A DNA stretch of 64,000 nucleotides from an uncultured SAR86 cluster bacterium (GCA_902518715.1 CABYHU010000004.1:7284-71283), one strand, 5' to 3'; shown: positions 21,301 through 34,122, counted from the stretch's first letter. The notes: generated by a model not told the origin, from the letters alone. Numbers and translations: made by a program.

Positions 21301-22607
21301 ATAACCAAGGAAAGATCGTTGAGCAGTACAAGATACCTTATGGTTCTACTTTATTAGTTGCTAACAATGCAAAAGTGGAGCTTGGACAAAAAATTGCTAC
21401 ATGGGATCCATATACACGTCCAATAATTTCAGAAGCTTCTGGAAAGGTAAAATTTGCTGATATAGAAGAAGGTGTATCAGTAAGAGCTTCAACTGATGAA
21501 TTAACTGGATTAAGTAGTATCGAAGTTATTGATGGATCTGAAAGGCCTTCAGCTGGTAAGGATTTAGTTCCATCAGTCAGCCTTACAGATGGTAGAGGGA
21601 AACAATTAACACATCCTGAAAATAATCAACCATTTACATATGCTTTGCCTGCTTCAGCATTATTAAATCTTGAAGATGGTCAAAAAATAACTGCTGGTGA
21701 AGTTATTGCAAGGATTCCACTCGAAGGGTCTAAAACTAAAGACATTACAGGTGGACTTCCAAGAGTTGCTGACTTATTTGAAGCTAGAACGCCAAAAGAT
21801 GCGGCTGTTCTCGCAGAAGAATCAGGAATGGTTTCCTTTGGTAAAGAAACCAAAGGAAAAGTTAGACTTGTTATTACTCCAGATGGAGCCTCTAAAAAGT
21901 CTCAAAATGTAGAAATGTTAATACCTAAACATAGGACGCTCTCAGTGTTTGAAGGTGAGAGAGTAGAAAAGGGTGACATTGTCAGTGATGGTCCTTACAG
22001 TCCTCATGATATTTTAAGACTTAAAGGTATACCTTCTCTTACAAATTTCATTGTAAATGAGATTCAACAAGTCTATAGACTTCAAGGAGTTTCTATAAAT
22101 GATAAGCACATTGAAACTATTCTCAGACAAATGCTAAGAAAAGCATTAATTGTTGATGGCGGTGATACAAAATTCATTCAAGGCGATCAAGTGGAATATG
22201 CTGAGTTAGTTGAAGCTAATAAAATGGCAGAATCTAATGATCAACAGCCAGCAACATATGAAAGGGTTTTATTAGGAATTACAAAAGCGTCCCTTGCAAC
22301 AAATTCATTTATATCTGCAGCATCTTTCCAAGAGACAACAAGAGTCCTTACAGAAGCAGCTGTTACTGGAAAGAAAGATAGTTTAAGAGGCCTTAAAGAG
22401 AATGTTGTTGTTGGAAGACTTATCCCTGCTGGAACTGGTATGGATTTCCATGACAAGCTAAAAACTAAATCACCTGATTCGGATGAATACACTCTCTCTT
22501 CAGATGATCTTGAAGCAGCTCTCAGACAGGAGATTCAAGATACTAATACTGAGGCTGAAGAACAATCTGAGCCTGAATCTGAAAAACCAGTTGACGATAA
22601 CGAATGA
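18375..22607 (+). CDS. rpoC: RNA polymerase beta' subunit (TTG start)
   Basis: [12 protein letters not shown], Zn-finger Cys, [17 protein letters not shown]. Confidence 0.99.
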   Translation: MKELLNLLQSNQDEFSSISAGLASPQMVRSWSFGEVKKPETINYRTFKPERDGLFCAKIFGPIKDYECICGKYKRMKHRGVVCEKCGVEVTLAKVRRERMGHIELAAPVAHIWFLKSLPSRIGLLLDVTLREIERVLYFESFIVTDPGMTDLETGDILTEEEYIEAYDQYGDEFKAGMGAEAVKLLLEELDIEEEIRILREEIPQTNSETKLKKISKRLKLLEAFKASGNKPEWMIMDVLPVLPPDLRPLVPLEGGRFATSDLNDLYRRVINRNNRLKRLLELNAPDIIVRNEKRMLQESVDALLDNGRRGRVITGTNKRPLKSLADMIKGKGGRFRQNLLGKRVDYSGRSVIVSGPNLKLHQCGLPKKMALELFKPFVYGRLEHKELATTIKAAKRLVERETPEVWEALEEVIREHPVLLNRAPTLHRLGIQAFEPLLIEGKAIQLHPLVCVAYNADFDGDQMAVHVPLTVEAQLEARALMMSTNNILSPADGAPIINPTQDVVLGLYYMTREKVNSHGEGRVFSNPDEVQRAFESEQIDLHAKIKVRIENAEKGVFIEDTTVGRTLIWRITPIEVGFDNVNKTLDKKAVSSLIDLSYRKAGLKKTVIFADQLMYLGFDFSTRSGSSIGVDDFVIPDEKYEIVDKAEDEVKEIENQFSSGLVTRGERYNKVVDIWSRANERVAKAMMEKISKDSVEDSEGNEVEQASFNSVYIYADSGARGSPAQIRQLSGMRGLMSKPDGSIIETPITANFREGLSVLQYFISTHGARKGLADTALKTANSGYLTRRLCDVSMDSVITEEDCGTEDSIEMSAIIDGGEIIQDLTDRILGRVIAEPIFDNDGNELFPKDTLIDEDALLKIEPLNLSTLRVRSPMTCESSFGVCAKCYGRDLARGHLVHRGEAVGVVAAQSIGEPGTQLTMRTFHIGGAASSSSEDDSIISRNDGSVIFSDDIKSVKNKDKLEVVISRNSTLSISDNQGKIVEQYKIPYGSTLLVANNAKVELGQKIATWDPYTRPIISEASGKVKFADIEEGVSVRASTDELTGLSSIEVIDGSERPSAGKDLVPSVSLTDGRGKQLTHPENNQPFTYALPASALLNLEDGQKITAGEVIARIPLEGSKTKDITGGLPRVADLFEARTPKDAAVLAEESGMVSFGKETKGKVRLVITPDGASKKSQNVEMLIPKHRTLSVFEGERVEKGDIVSDGPYSPHDILRLKGIPSLTNFIVNEIQQVYRLQGVSINDKHIETILRQMLRKALIVDGGDTKFIQGDQVEYAELVEANKMAESNDQQPATYERVLLGITKASLATNSFISAASFQETTRVLTEAAVTGKKDSLRGLKENVVVGRLIPAGTGMDFHDKLKTKSPDSDEYTLSSDDLEAALRQEIQDTNTEAEEQSEPESEKPVDDNE

Positions 22608-22625
22608 GCTATATAGAATCACGGC
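22591..22625 (+). promoter_or_regulatory. Putative str operon sigma70 promoter overlapping rpoC 3' end
   Basis: TTGACG-17bp-TAGAAT then CACGGC. Confidence 0.7.
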
Positions 22626-22640
22626 TTTTAGATAATTAAT

Positions 22641-23485
<845 letters not shown>

Positions 23486-23488
23486 GAA

Positions 23489-25582
23489 ATGGCTAGAGAA
23501 ACTGAATTAAGTAAATATAGAAACATCGGTATTTGTGCTCACGTTGATGCTGGTAAGACTACGACAACGGAAAGAGTGCTTTTCTACACAGGTCTATCTC
23601 ATAAGATAGGAGAAGTTCATGATGGTGCAGCTACTATGGACTGGATGGAGCAAGAGCAAGAGAGAGGTATAACAATTACCTCTGCTGCAACTACTTGTTT
23701 TTGGAGCGGAATGGAGCAACAGTTTCCAAAGCATAGAATAAATATTATTGATACACCGGGACACGTTGATTTCACAATTGAAGTTGAAAGATCCTTAAGA
23801 GTTTTAGATGGTGCAGTAGTTGTGTTTTGTGGTACATCTGGTGTTGAGCCTCAATCAGAAACTGTTTGGCGTCAATGTAATAGATATGAAGTGCCTAGAA
23901 TTGTTTTTGTTAACAAAATGGATAGAGCTGGCGCTGACTTTGAAAGAGTTGTCGATCAAGTAAGAGAAAGACTTGGATCAACAGTGGTTCCCATACAATT
24001 GAATATAGGCGCTGAGGACGATTTTAAAGGCGTTGTAGATTTAATTAGGATGAAAGCAATTTACTGGAATGAAGATGACCAAGGCCTTACTTTTGACCTT
24101 GAAGAAATTCCAGAGGATCTAAAAGGTAGATGTGATGAGCTAAGAGAGCAGATGCTAGAGACAGCTGCTGAGGCAAATGAAGAATTGATGGAAGCTTATC
24201 TTGAGAGTGGAGAGCTTACAGAGGATCAAATAAGAGAAGGACTAAGATTGAGGACTCTCAACAATGAAATAGTTCTTGCTATGTGCGGTTCTGCATTTAA
24301 AAACAAAGGTGTTCAAGCAGTGCTTGACGCGGTGATTGAGTTTTTGCCGGCTCCAAATGAAGTTGCAGCAATTCAGGGTGTACTTCCAGGTGAGGAAGAA
24401 AAAACTGACTCTAGGTCTTCTTCAGATGAAGAGCCATTCTCAGCTTTAGCTTTTAAAATAGCTACAGATCCATTTGTAGGAACATTAACATTTATAAGAG
24501 TTTACTCTGGTGTTCTATCGGTTGGTGATGGAGTGGTCAATTCAACACGAAGCAAAAAAGAGCGTGTTGGAAGAATGGTGCAAATGCATTCTAACAGCAG
24601 AAATGAAATCAAAGAGATCCGAGCTGGAGATATTGCTGCCTGTATTGGCCTTAAAGATATTACTACTGGTGATACCCTATGCGATACGAAAGATCAGATA
24701 ATTCTAGAAAAAATGGACTTTCCAGAGCCAGTAATTTCTGTAGCTGTGGAACCAAAATCTAAGCCAGACCAAGAGAAAATGTCATTAGCTCTTCAAAAAC
24801 TAGCTAAAGAGGATCCTTCTTTTAGAGTTCATACAGACGAAGAATCAGGCCAAACAATTATTTCTGGAATGGGAGAACTTCATTTAGATGTTCTAGTCGA
24901 TAGAATGAAAAGAGAGTTTTCTGTTGAAGCTAATATTGGTAAACCACAAGTTGCCTACAGAGAGACTATTAAGGAAACAATAGATATTGAAGGTAAATTT
25001 GTTCGTCAGAGTGGTGGTAAAGGGCAATATGGCCATGTTTGGCTTAAGTTAGAGCCATTGGGTCTTGATGACGACTACGAATTTGTCGATGAAATAGTTG
25101 GTGGAGTTGTACCAAAAGAGTACATTCCTGCTGTCGATAAGGGAATTCAAGAACAAATGCAAAATGGTGTAGTTGCCGGTTATCCATTACTAGCTTTAAA
25201 AGCAACACTATATGATGGCTCTTATCATGATGTCGACTCAAGTGAGATGGCTTTTAAAATCGCCGGGTCTATGGCTTTAAAAGAAGGTGCACTTAAAGCA
25301 AAACCAGTTATTCTTGAACCAATTATGAAAGTTGAAGTAGTAACTCCTGAAGAGCATATGGGAGATGTAGTTGGTGATTTAAACAGAAGAAGAGGAATAA
25401 TTTTAGGAATGGATGAGATTCCTTCAGGTAAAACTGTTCAATCAGAGGTTCCTTTATCAGAGATGTTTGGTTATGCAACAGATTTAAGGTCTCAAACTCA
25501 AGGAAGAGCGAGTTTTTCAATGGAATTTCTTAAATATGCAGACGTTCCATCTAGCATTGCAGAAGAGCTAAAAACGGCTTAA
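23489..25582 (+). CDS. fusA: Elongation factor G
   Basis: [25 protein letters not shown]. Confidence 0.99.
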   Translation: MARETELSKYRNIGICAHVDAGKTTTTERVLFYTGLSHKIGEVHDGAATMDWMEQEQERGITITSAATTCFWSGMEQQFPKHRINIIDTPGHVDFTIEVERSLRVLDGAVVVFCGTSGVEPQSETVWRQCNRYEVPRIVFVNKMDRAGADFERVVDQVRERLGSTVVPIQLNIGAEDDFKGVVDLIRMKAIYWNEDDQGLTFDLEEIPEDLKGRCDELREQMLETAAEANEELMEAYLESGELTEDQIREGLRLRTLNNEIVLAMCGSAFKNKGVQAVLDAVIEFLPAPNEVAAIQGVLPGEEEKTDSRSSSDEEPFSALAFKIATDPFVGTLTFIRVYSGVLSVGDGVVNSTRSKKERVGRMVQMHSNSRNEIKEIRAGDIAACIGLKDITTGDTLCDTKDQIILEKMDFPEPVISVAVEPKSKPDQEKMSLALQKLAKEDPSFRVHTDEESGQTIISGMGELHLDVLVDRMKREFSVEANIGKPQVAYRETIKETIDIEGKFVRQSGGKGQYGHVWLKLEPLGLDDDYEFVDEIVGGVVPKEYIPAVDKGIQEQMQNGVVAGYPLLALKATLYDGSYHDVDSSEMAFKIAGSMALKEGALKAKPVILEPIMKVEVVTPEEHMGDVVGDLNRRRGIILGMDEIPSGKTVQSEVPLSEMFGYATDLRSQTQGRASFSMEFLKYADVPSSIAEELKTA

Positions 25583-25613
25583 TTTTTTTATTAAAATAAA
25601 TATTGTTTTTTTG

Positions 25614-25650
25614 TTGACATATTAGGCTCTAGAGACCTAAAATACGCCAC
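25614..25650 (+). promoter_or_regulatory. S10 operon sigma70 promoter with GC-rich discriminator
   Basis: TTGACA-18bp-TAAAAT then ACGCCAC; AT-rich UP-like region upstream. Confidence 0.75.
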
Positions 25651-25699
25651 ATTTTGCATTTTGCGAGATATTTTTAATAGAGGAATTTTAGTTTAAATA

Positions 25700-26011
25700 A
25701 TGGAAAATCAGGCTATAAGAATAAGACTAAAAGCTTTTGACTATAGACTTATTGATGCCTCTACTAGACAAATCGTAGAAACCGCAAAAAAGACAGGCGC
25801 AGTGGTAAAAGGTCCGATTCCACTGCCTGTTAAAAAAGAGAGGACCACTATATTGATTTCGCCGCATAAAGATAAAGATGCTAGAGATCAATATGAAATA
25901 AGAACTTATAAAAGGCTCTTAGATATTATTAAGCCAACAGATAAAACTGTTGATGCATTAATGAAACTAGATTTATCTGCGGGTGTTGATGTGCAGATAA
26001 GCATTAGCTAA
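25700..26011 (+). CDS. rpsJ: 30S ribosomal protein S10
   Basis: [32 protein letters not shown]. Confidence 0.98.
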   Translation: MENQAIRIRLKAFDYRLIDASTRQIVETAKKTGAVVKGPIPLPVKKERTTILISPHKDKDARDQYEIRTYKRLLDIIKPTDKTVDALMKLDLSAGVDVQISIS

Positions 26012-26067
26012 GAGTAAACGCGTAAGCGGCCATAGAGGGTTTTAAGCCCCGTAATAAGGAGAATAAA
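26012..26067 (+). promoter_or_regulatory. Structured rplC leader resembling the 23S rRNA L4-binding region
   Basis: CGC-GTAA-GCG hairpin, GCCATAG, GGGT...GCCCCGTA hairpin. Confidence 0.6.
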
Positions 26068-26694
26068 TTGAGTTTAGGCTTAATTGGAAAAAAATCGGGA
26101 ATGTCTAGGGTCTTCCAAGAAGATGGAGACTCAATTCCAGTATCTATTGTTTCTGTATTTGGTAACTATGTCGCAGGTATCAAAACGAAAGAATCTGACG
26201 GTTACGACGCTGTTCTTGTCTCAAAAACTGAAAACAAAAAAAATCGCTCTAAATCACAAAAAGAGTTTTTCGCTAAAGTAAATGTTACTCCAGGAACACT
26301 CAATGAATTTAAGTTAAGTGAGAATTCTGATCGAAACATTGGTGATCATCTTACAGCAGACCTATTTAAAGTAGGACAACATGTTGATGTAACTGGAACA
26401 TCTAAGGGGAAAGGATATGCCGGGGTTATAAAAAGGCATAACTTTAAGATGCAAGATGCTACTCATGGTAATTCACTATCACATAGAGCACATGGATCTA
26501 TAGGACAATGTCAGACTCCTGGAAGAGTATGGAAGGGTAAAAAGATGTCTGGTCACATGGGAAATGAAAGAAAAACTGTTCAAAACTTAGAAATCATCAA
26601 TGTTGATGTTGAAAATAATCTTCTATTTATTAAGGGAGCTATACCAGGCTTTAATGGCTCAAAAGTAACAATCAAACCATCGATTAAGAAATGA
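26068..26694 (+). CDS. rplC: 50S ribosomal protein L3 (TTG start)
   Basis: GLIGKK.GM, THGNSLSHR, QCQTPGRVWKGKKM. Confidence 0.98.
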   Translation: MSLGLIGKKSGMSRVFQEDGDSIPVSIVSVFGNYVAGIKTKESDGYDAVLVSKTENKKNRSKSQKEFFAKVNVTPGTLNEFKLSENSDRNIGDHLTADLFKVGQHVDVTGTSKGKGYAGVIKRHNFKMQDATHGNSLSHRAHGSIGQCQTPGRVWKGKKMSGHMGNERKTVQNLEIINVDVENNLLFIKGAIPGFNGSKVTIKPSIKK

Positions 26695-27302
26695 AGTTAA
26701 GCGTATTGTCCACATCAAAAAGTAAGAAAGAAGATATTGTTCTTTCCGATGCTTTTGTTAAAGACTATAACGAATCTTTAGTTCATCAAGCAGTTGTAAC
26801 CTATCTTGCTGGCATGAGACAGGGCTCTCATAAGCAGAAGAACAGATCTGAAGTAAGAGGCGGTGGAAAGAAGCCATATAGACAAAAAGGAACTGGTAGA
26901 GCAAGAGCTGGAACCATTAGGAGTCCAATTTGGAGAGGTGGAGGAGTTACATTTGCTTCAAGACCAAGAGATTATTCAAAAAAAATAAATAAGAAAATGT
27001 ATAAAGCTGCATTGAGGTCAATTTTTTCTGAGCTTCTCAGACAAGAAAAGCTTATTGCAATAGAGCATCCAAAAATAAAGAATCCAAAAACAAAGGAAAT
27101 GGTAAGTTTCTTATCTAAACTATCGTTAGAGAATGTACTAATTATCACTGATGAAATTGATAAGAATTTACATTTAGCATCTCGAAACATTCCTCATGTG
27201 AATGTCGTCACAACCGCTGAAATTAATCCGGTTATGTTGCTTAAGCCACATAAGGTTGCAATTACACCTGCAGCTTTTAAGAAGATAGAGGAGCTTATCT
27301 AA
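26691..27302 (+). CDS. rplD: 50S ribosomal protein L4
   Basis: RQKGTGRARAG. Confidence 0.98.
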   Translation: MKLSVLSTSKSKKEDIVLSDAFVKDYNESLVHQAVVTYLAGMRQGSHKQKNRSEVRGGGKKPYRQKGTGRARAGTIRSPIWRGGGVTFASRPRDYSKKINKKMYKAALRSIFSELLRQEKLIAIEHPKIKNPKTKEMVSFLSKLSLENVLIITDEIDKNLHLASRNIPHVNVVTTAEINPVMLLKPHKVAITPAAFKKIEELI

Positions 27303-27595
27303 TGGATATGAAATTATATAAAGTTCTTAAAGCCCCTCATATAACTGAACAATCTTCTCAACTCAGCCAAGATTTAAAGCAAATTGTTTTTAAGGTCGAT
27401 AAAGGAGCTAACAAAAGAGAAATTAAGAAAGCTGTAGAAAATCTTTTCAATGTAACGGTTGTCAAAGTAACGACTTCAGTTGTTAAAGGTAAGACTAAAA
27501 GAAATAGATTTGGAGTTTATAAAAGATCTGATTACAAAAAGGCCTTTGTGTCTTTGAGTCCTGATTCTGATATTCAATTCGAGGGAGTGAACTAA
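27302..27595 (+). CDS. rplW: 50S ribosomal protein L23
   Basis: PHITE, EIKKAVE.LF.V, KKAFV. Confidence 0.96.
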   Translation: MDMKLYKVLKAPHITEQSSQLSQDLKQIVFKVDKGANKREIKKAVENLFNVTVVKVTTSVVKGKTKRNRFGVYKRSDYKKAFVSLSPDSDIQFEGVN

Positions 27596-27596
27596 G

Positions 27597-28427
27597 ATGC
27601 CTGTTCAAAAAGCAAAACCAACTAGCCCAGGCAGAAGATTTGTTGTCTCTCTTAAGAAAAACAATTTGCATAGAGGTAAGCCTTTCAAAGGCCTTATAGA
27701 GCCAAAATCTAAGAAAGGTGGAAGAAATAATAACGGAAGGATAACCGTAAGACATCAAGGTGGAGGTCATAAGCGTCATTACAGAGTAATTGACTTTAAG
27801 AGGAATAAGCTTGATATACCAGCTATTGTCGAAAGAATTGAATACGATCCAAACAGATCAGCTAATATTGCTCTTCTTAAATATGCTGATGGAGAGAGAA
27901 GGTATATTTTATGCCCCAGTAAAATGGAAATAGGTACGGAAATTATTTCCTCCGATAAAGCCGATATCAAGGATGGTAACTCGCTTAAATTAAAGGATAT
28001 TCCTCTTGGCACAAATATACATTGTGTAGAAATGAAACCTGGTAAAGGTGGACAGATAGCAAGAAGTGCTGGGACTTCTGCAAGACTTGTAGCAAAAGAA
28101 GGAATCTACTCAACCTTAAGATTACAATCAGGAGAGATGAGGAAAGTTCTTTCTGATTGCAGAGCTACTCTTGGAACAGTATCCAATCAAGAGAATAATC
28201 TTAAGTCTATTGGAAAAGCTGGAGCAAACAGATGGAGAGGAAAGAGACCAACTGTAAGAGGCGTAGCTATGAACCCTATTGACCACCCGCATGGTGGGGG
28301 TGAGGGAAGAACATCAGGTGGAAGACATCCTTCTACTCCATGGGGTGTTCCAACTAAGGGATACAAAACTAGAAAGAATACGAGATCTGATAACTTAATT
28401 ATCAGAAGAAGAGGTAAGAGGAACTAA
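27597..28427 (+). CDS. rplB: 50S ribosomal protein L2
   Basis: [22 protein letters not shown]. Confidence 0.99.
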   Translation: MPVQKAKPTSPGRRFVVSLKKNNLHRGKPFKGLIEPKSKKGGRNNNGRITVRHQGGGHKRHYRVIDFKRNKLDIPAIVERIEYDPNRSANIALLKYADGERRYILCPSKMEIGTEIISSDKADIKDGNSLKLKDIPLGTNIHCVEMKPGKGGQIARSAGTSARLVAKEGIYSTLRLQSGEMRKVLSDCRATLGTVSNQENNLKSIGKAGANRWRGKRPTVRGVAMNPIDHPHGGGEGRTSGGRHPSTPWGVPTKGYKTRKNTRSDNLIIRRRGKRN

Positions 28428-28429
28428 CA

Positions 28430-28702
28430 ATGCCAAGATCACTTAAAAAGGGACCATTTATAGACTTATCTTTGCAGAAAAAGGTAGATGCTGCGATAGC
28501 TAATAATGATAAGAAGCCTATAAAGACTTGGTCAAGACGATCCATGATCTCGCCTACAATGGTTGGTCTTACGATCGCTGTTCATAATGGAAGACAACAT
28601 GTTCCCGTTTACATAAATGAAGACATGGTTGGTCATAAACTCGGTGAATTTGCATTAACTAGAACTTTCAAAATGCATTCAGGAGATAGAAAGGCAAAAT
28701 AA
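28430..28702 (+). CDS. rpsS: 30S ribosomal protein S19
   Basis: [16 protein letters not shown]. Confidence 0.98.
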   Translation: MPRSLKKGPFIDLSLQKKVDAAIANNDKKPIKTWSRRSMISPTMVGLTIAVHNGRQHVPVYINEDMVGHKLGEFALTRTFKMHSGDRKAK

Positions 28703-29040
28703 TGGAAACTAGAGCATATTTAAAAGGAACCAGATTATCGCCACAAAAGGCTGGTCTTGTTGCGGATGTAATCAGAGGTAAAACCATTCAAGAAGCAATG
28801 GACTTCCTTTCGTTCAGCAAAAAGAAAGGCTCAGAAGTTATGAAAAAATTACTTGAGTCTGCAATTGCGAACGCTGAGCATAATGAGAATGCAGACATAG
28901 ACAAGCTTTTTGTTAAGTCAGTAATAGTTAATCAAGGATTGAGATTGAAGAGAATGAAACCAAGGGCAAGGGGAAGAGCAGACAGAATTATAAAGCCAAC
29001 TTGCCATATAGAAATTATTTTAGCGGACGGAGAAGCTTAA
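28702..29040 (+). CDS. rplV: 50S ribosomal protein L22
   Basis: [18 protein letters not shown]. Confidence 0.98.
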   Translation: METRAYLKGTRLSPQKAGLVADVIRGKTIQEAMDFLSFSKKKGSEVMKKLLESAIANAEHNENADIDKLFVKSVIVNQGLRLKRMKPRARGRADRIIKPTCHIEIILADGEA

Positions 29041-29696
29041 TGGGTCAGAAAGTACATCCAACAGGAATGAGACTTGGAATTATCAAGAAGCATAATGCTA
29101 ATTGGTATGCGAAAGGTAAAGATTATCCAAAATTCTTAAATGAAGATCTTAAGGTAAGAGAGTTCATTGGTACTAAGCTTAAATTCTCATCAATCAGCAA
29201 AGTTGAATTAGATAGATCTGCTCAAGCTTTTGTTGTGAATATCCACTCATCGAGACCGGGAATAATTATCGGTAAAAAGGGTGAGGAAATAGAAAATCTT
29301 AAAAAACAAATTAAGAAAATTGTTAATCTTCCGACGCAAGTAAACATAAAGGAAGTAAGAAAGCCTGATTTAGATGCAACAATACTTGCTGAATCAGTTG
29401 CCCAACAACTTGAGAGAAGAGTCCAATTTAGGAGAGCTATGAAAAGAGCTGTCCAAAGCGCATTAAGACAAAGTGCTAAAGGCGTAAGGGTAGAAATCTC
29501 TGGAAGGTTAAATGGTGCTGAGATTGCCAGAACTGAATGGTACAGAGAGGGAAGAGTTCCTCTTCATACTTTAAGAGCTGATGTGGATTATGGAACTGCT
29601 GAAGCCTTAACTACATATGGGATTATTGGAATAAAAGTTTGGGTCTATAAGGGCGAAATTATTGGAGATCCAATTAAAGAGGGAGTGAGCAGTTAA
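29040..29696 (+). CDS. rpsC: 30S ribosomal protein S3
   Basis: [18 protein letters not shown]; start set to ATG 29040. Confidence 0.98.
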   Translation: MGQKVHPTGMRLGIIKKHNANWYAKGKDYPKFLNEDLKVREFIGTKLKFSSISKVELDRSAQAFVVNIHSSRPGIIIGKKGEEIENLKKQIKKIVNLPTQVNIKEVRKPDLDATILAESVAQQLERRVQFRRAMKRAVQSALRQSAKGVRVEISGRLNGAEIARTEWYREGRVPLHTLRADVDYGTAEALTTYGIIGIKVWVYKGEIIGDPIKEGVSS

Positions 29697-29701
29697 GTAT
29701 T

Positions 29702-30112
29702 ATGTTACAGCCAAAACAAACAAAATATAGAAAAATGCATAAAGGCAGGAACAGAGGTCTTGCTCAAAATGGTAATACTGTTGCATTTGGAAGATTTGGA
29801 CTAGTTGCACAAACTAGGGGAAGAATTACATCTCGTCAAATTGAGTCTGCAAGAAGAGCCATGACAAGATATGTAAAGAGGGGTGGAAACATTTGGATAC
29901 GAATATTTCCTGATAAACCAATAACAAAGAAACCACTTGAAACCAGAATGGGTAAGGGTAAAGGAAATGTTGAGTATTGGGTTGCTCTTGTTCAGCCAGG
30001 AAAGGTTTTGTATGAAATGTCTGGTGTTAGTGAGGAAGTTGCGAGAGAGGCATTCAGATTGGCTAGTGCAAAACTTCCAGTTAAGACTGTGTTTAAGGAA
30101 AAAGAGAATTAA
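29702..30112 (+). CDS. rplP: 50S ribosomal protein L16
   Basis: MLQPK, RMGKGKG. Confidence 0.98.
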   Translation: MLQPKQTKYRKMHKGRNRGLAQNGNTVAFGRFGLVAQTRGRITSRQIESARRAMTRYVKRGGNIWIRIFPDKPITKKPLETRMGKGKGNVEYWVALVQPGKVLYEMSGVSEEVAREAFRLASAKLPVKTVFKEKEN

Positions 30113-30114
30113 AA

Positions 30115-30333
30115 ATGGCTAATAAAGAATTAGATAAGTTAAGAGGTATGTCAGTTTCTGATCTCAACAAGAGTCTTGAAACTATATATAAAGAACAGTT
30201 TGAAGATAACTTAAAACTTAAGACTGGCCAGCTAAATGAAACACATAAAATTAGACTAAATAGAAAACAGGTGGCAAGAATTAAAACGGTTATATCTGAG
30301 AAAAATAATGCAGGTGATGAAAATGGAAAATAA
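30115..30333 (+). CDS. rpmC: 50S ribosomal protein L29
   Basis: TGQL..THKIR..RK.VARIKT; position. Confidence 0.93.
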   Translation: MANKELDKLRGMSVSDLNKSLETIYKEQFEDNLKLKTGQLNETHKIRLNRKQVARIKTVISEKNNAGDENGK

Positions 30334-30583
30334 GAATCCAAGAATATTATCAGGGGTTGTTGTAAGCAATAAAGCTGATAAAACTATCACCGTTAAAGTG
30401 GAAAGAAAAGTTAAACATCCTTTATATGGAAAGATAATGAGGAGATCAACTAAAGTTCATGCTCATGACGAAAACAATGTTGCAAATATCGGTGATTTCG
30501 TATCAGTGAAAGAGTGTAAGCCTTTTTCAAAAACAAAGACTTGGATTTTAGAGGAACCAGATTCAAGCGGAGGCGATTCCTAA
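30323..30583 (+). CDS. rpsQ: 30S ribosomal protein S17
   Basis: G.VVSNK.DKT, HPLYGK, HAHDE. Confidence 0.96.
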   Translation: MENKNPRILSGVVVSNKADKTITVKVERKVKHPLYGKIMRRSTKVHAHDENNVANIGDFVSVKECKPFSKTKTWILEEPDSSGGDS

Positions 30584-30951
30584 TGATACAAATGCAATCA
30601 ATACTTAACATTGCTGACAATAGCGGAGCTAGATCTGTGATGTGCATAAAGGTCCTTGGAGGTTCCAAGAGACGCTATGCAAATGTCGGGGACATTATTA
30701 AGGTTGCTGTTAGAGAAGCTATACCCACTGGTAAAGTAAAAAAAGGACAAGTGGTAAATGCTCTTGTAGTAAGAACAAAGAAAGGAGTAAGAAGAAGAGA
30801 TGGATCATTAATAAAGTTTGATGAAAATGCTGCAGTTCTTCTCAACCAGCAAAACGCACCTATTGGAACAAGAGTTTTTGGGCCAGTTACTAGAGAGCTA
30901 AGGTCTGGTAATTTTATGAAAATCTTATCACTTGCACCGGAGGTCCTCTAA
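30583..30951 (+). CDS. rplN: 50S ribosomal protein L14
   Basis: MIQMQS, ADNSGA, SLAPEVL. Confidence 0.98.
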   Translation: MIQMQSILNIADNSGARSVMCIKVLGGSKRRYANVGDIIKVAVREAIPTGKVKKGQVVNALVVRTKKGVRRRDGSLIKFDENAAVLLNQQNAPIGTRVFGPVTRELRSGNFMKILSLAPEVL

Positions 30952-31278
30952 ATGAAAAGTAATGTAAGAACAAGACTTAAAACTGGTGATGAGGTTGTAG
31001 TTATTGCGGGTAGAGATGTGGGCAAGACTGGAACGATTACAAGTATCAAGAAAAATAAAGCTTTTGTTACAGGCATTAATATTGTGAAAAAGCATACCAA
31101 GCCAAATCCACAGTTAGGGATTACTGGCGGGATCGTTGAGCAAGAATCACCAATTGATTTATCAAATATACAAATATGGGACTCAAAAACAAAAAAAGGC
31201 TCAAGGATCTCAATGAAAATAGATGAGAAGACAGGGAAGAAAGAAAGACTTAACAAAAAAACAGGAAAAGTAGTATAA
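30952..31278 (+). CDS. rplX: 50S ribosomal protein L24
   Basis: GDEVVVIAGRD.GK.G, KKHTKPNP. Confidence 0.97.
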   Translation: MKSNVRTRLKTGDEVVVIAGRDVGKTGTITSIKKNKAFVTGINIVKKHTKPNPQLGITGGIVEQESPIDLSNIQIWDSKTKKGSRISMKIDEKTGKKERLNKKTGKVV

Positions 31279-31281
31279 AAA

Positions 31282-31821
31282 ATGGCTAGTTTGCATCAAA
31301 AATACAAAGACGAAATTGTGCCTATTCTCAAGGAAAGGCTTGGGGAAAGCAATGTTATGGCTTTACCAAAACTCACAAAAATAGTTATCAACATGGGTGT
31401 TGGACAAGCTGTAAATGATAAGAAGCATCTTACAAACGCTGTTGATGATCTTCAATCAATTTCCGGTCAAAAACCACTTGTAACTAATGCAAGAAAATCA
31501 GTTGCAAGTTTTAAAATCAGAGAGGGTTGGCCTATGGGATGTAAAGTTACTCTGAGAGGTAAAAGAATGTATGACTTCGTTGAAAGGCTTATTAACGTTG
31601 CTATTCCTAGGGAAAGAGACTTTAGAGGACTAAATCCAAAATCATTTGATAAACAGGGAAATTATAGTTTTGGGATTAAGGAACAAATAATATTCCCAGA
31701 AATAAACTATGACAATATAGATCAAATTAGAGGTATGGATATTTGTGTTAATACATCAGCAAACAACCCTGCTGATGCAAAAGTTTTATTGGAAGAATTG
31801 AACTTCCCATTTAAGAAGTAG
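31282..31821 (+). CDS. rplE: 50S ribosomal protein L5
   Basis: [21 protein letters not shown]. Confidence 0.98.
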   Translation: MASLHQKYKDEIVPILKERLGESNVMALPKLTKIVINMGVGQAVNDKKHLTNAVDDLQSISGQKPLVTNARKSVASFKIREGWPMGCKVTLRGKRMYDFVERLINVAIPRERDFRGLNPKSFDKQGNYSFGIKEQIIFPEINYDNIDQIRGMDICVNTSANNPADAKVLLEELNFPFKK

Positions 31822-31826
31822 GAATT

Positions 31827-32132
31827 ATGACTAGAAAATCACTTATTGCGAGAGAAAATAAAAGAATGAAAACGGTTGCTAAATATGCAACTAAAAGAGC
31901 TGAACTCAAAAAAACTTTCTTAGATATGAATAAGACAGATGAGGAAAGATTTGAAGCATATAGAAAATTACAAAAGCTTCCTAGAAATGCTAGCCCATCA
32001 AGAGTTCAAAGAAGATGTTCAATAACTGGTAGGCCACATGCTGTATATAGAAAGTTTGGTCTGAGTAGAATTAAATTAAGGGAAGCCGCTATGCGTGGCG
32101 ATATTCCTGGATTAGTTAAATCAAGTTGGTAA
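31827..32132 (+). CDS. rpsN: 30S ribosomal protein S14 (long, Zn-free type)
   Basis: [23 protein letters not shown]. Confidence 0.97.
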   Translation: MTRKSLIARENKRMKTVAKYATKRAELKKTFLDMNKTDEERFEAYRKLQKLPRNASPSRVQRRCSITGRPHAVYRKFGLSRIKLREAAMRGDIPGLVKSSW

Positions 32133-32139
32133 ATATATT

Positions 32140-32535
32140 ATGAGTTTTCAAGATCCTATATCAGATTGCCTTAACAGAATAAGGAATGGCCTCATGAGAG
32201 GTAAAGATTCCGTTATCGTTCCTTATTCTAAGATAAAGCATGATTTAGTTAATGTATTAATTGAGGAAGGATATTTAAATTCTTGTGAAAAGATTGATAA
32301 TGGTGGCAAGGATGAGATTAGTGTCAACCTCAAATACTTTAATGGAAAACCTGCTATTAAAGATCTAAAGAGAATTTCTAGACCAGGTCTAAGAAAATAT
32401 TCAGGCACTAAAGATCTATCCAATGTAAAAGCTGGTTTAGGTATTTACGTTTTATCTACGAATCAAGGCTTAATGACTGACAGAGCTGCAAAAAGCAAGA
32501 ATGTTGGTGGTGAGATTTTGGTGGAGGTTTTTTAA
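32140..32535 (+). CDS. rpsH: 30S ribosomal protein S8
   Basis: DPISD..RIRN, RISRPGLR, GGE. Confidence 0.97.
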   Translation: MSFQDPISDCLNRIRNGLMRGKDSVIVPYSKIKHDLVNVLIEEGYLNSCEKIDNGGKDEISVNLKYFNGKPAIKDLKRISRPGLRKYSGTKDLSNVKAGLGIYVLSTNQGLMTDRAAKSKNVGGEILVEVF

Positions 32536-33078
32536 ATGTCTAGAGTTGCAAAACAACCTATTACTATTCCAGAAGGCGTCAAGGTTGAGCTGAATGAAGA
32601 TTTAGTTTCAGTCTCAGGCAAAAACGGTTCTATGGAATTTGAGCTAGTTAAAGATGTGACAGTAGATATTTCTGAAAACGAAGTCTTAGTTTCATATGGA
32701 GACTATCAAGAATCAGTTGCTATGGGCGGAACCACAAGAGCTATCTTAAACAATATGGTTGTGGGAGTTTCCCAAGGCTTTGAAAAGAAATTGGAGTTAG
32801 TTGGAGTTGGTTATAGAGCAAAAGCATCAGGGAAGACTTTAGATTTAACTTTAGGTTTTTCTCATCCAATTAAATATGAGCTTCCCGAAAGTGTTAGCGC
32901 AGAAACTCCATCACAAACAGAAATAGTCCTTAAAAGTCATGATAAGCAAGTGTTAGGGCAAGTTGCTTCAGAAATTAGGGCATTTAGACCACCTGAACCC
33001 TATAAAGGAAAAGGTGTTAAATATTCGGATGAGAGAATTAAGAGAAAAGAAGCTAAAAAAGCTGCAGGTGGTGCCTAA
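32536..33078 (+). CDS. rplF: 50S ribosomal protein L6
   Basis: MSRVAK, RPPEPYKGKG. Confidence 0.98.
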   Translation: MSRVAKQPITIPEGVKVELNEDLVSVSGKNGSMEFELVKDVTVDISENEVLVSYGDYQESVAMGGTTRAILNNMVVGVSQGFEKKLELVGVGYRAKASGKTLDLTLGFSHPIKYELPESVSAETPSQTEIVLKSHDKQVLGQVASEIRAFRPPEPYKGKGVKYSDERIKRKEAKKAAGGA

Positions 33079-33425
33079 TGAGTATTAAGAATGAATCAAG
33101 GCTTAGAAGAGCTAAAAAAACTAGAATGAGAATAAAATCTCAGGATCTTCCAAGGCTTACTGTATTTAAATCCTCTCAGCACATTTATGCACAAATTATT
33201 GATTCTAGTGGGGCAAAAGTCTTAGCTGCAACCTCAACGCTTGATAAGAGTATTAAATCAAAAGGTAGAAGCGTGCAATCTGCTAAGGAAGTGGGAGAAA
33301 AGATTGCAGATTTATCTATCAAGAATGGCATTAAGAAGGTTATTTTTGATAGATCAGGATACAGATATCACGGAAGGATAAAAATGATTGCTGAGGCAGC
33401 AAGAGAAAAAGGTTTGGAGATATAG
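33078..33425 (+). CDS. rplR: 50S ribosomal protein L18
   Basis: [18 protein letters not shown]. Confidence 0.98.
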   Translation: MSIKNESRLRRAKKTRMRIKSQDLPRLTVFKSSQHIYAQIIDSSGAKVLAATSTLDKSIKSKGRSVQSAKEVGEKIADLSIKNGIKKVIFDRSGYRYHGRIKMIAEAAREKGLEI

Positions 33426-33429
33426 CAAT

Positions 33430-33939
33430 ATGGCAAAGGAAATGGCAAATATGAACCAACAAGGAGATTTACTTGAAGAAAAGCTAGTTCAAGTGAACAG
33501 GGTTGCTAAAGTTGTAAAAGGTGGAAGAATTTTTGGCTTTACTGCACTTACTGTTGTTGGGGACGGCAAAGGTAAGGTTGGTTTTGGAAGAGGTAAAGCT
33601 AAAGAAGTTCCAATAGCAATCCAAAAAGCTATGGAAAATGCTAGAAGAAGTATGGTAGATGTTGAGTTAAATGGATCTACGATTTGGTATCCAGTGAAAG
33701 CTAAACATGGGTCTGCAAATGTTTACATGCAGCCTGCTGCAGAAGGTACAGGTATTATTGCAGGTGGTGCCATGAGAGCAGTTCTTGAACTCGTTGGAGT
33801 CCAAAATGTTCTAGCTAAATGTTACGGTTCAACTAATCCTGTTAATGTTGTTATGGCTACAATAAATGGCCTCAAATCAATGGAATCTCCTGAAACAGTT
33901 GCCGAAAGAAGAGGTAAGAAAGTAGAGGAAGTGCTATGA
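33430..33939 (+). CDS. rpsE: 30S ribosomal protein S5
   Basis: [18 protein letters not shown]. Confidence 0.97.
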   Translation: MAKEMANMNQQGDLLEEKLVQVNRVAKVVKGGRIFGFTALTVVGDGKGKVGFGRGKAKEVPIAIQKAMENARRSMVDVELNGSTIWYPVKAKHGSANVYMQPAAEGTGIIAGGAMRAVLELVGVQNVLAKCYGSTNPVNVVMATINGLKSMESPETVAERRGKKVEEVL

Positions 33940-34121
33940 CTGCAGGCAAAACTATCCAAGTAAAACTTATAAAGAGTGGCATTGGCAGAATAAAGAAACA
34001 TAAGCTATGTATTCAAGGGCTAGGATTTAAAAAATTGAATCAAGTTGTAACTGTTGAGGATACACCAAGTAACAGAGGAATGATTAATAAGATTTCAGAT
34101 ATGGTTGAGGTAGTTGGATAA
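33936..34121 (+). CDS. rpmD: 50S ribosomal protein L30
   Basis: [17 protein letters not shown]. Confidence 0.95.
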   Translation: MTAGKTIQVKLIKSGIGRIKKHKLCIQGLGFKKLNQVVTVEDTPSNRGMINKISDMVEVVG

Positions 34122-34122
34122 G

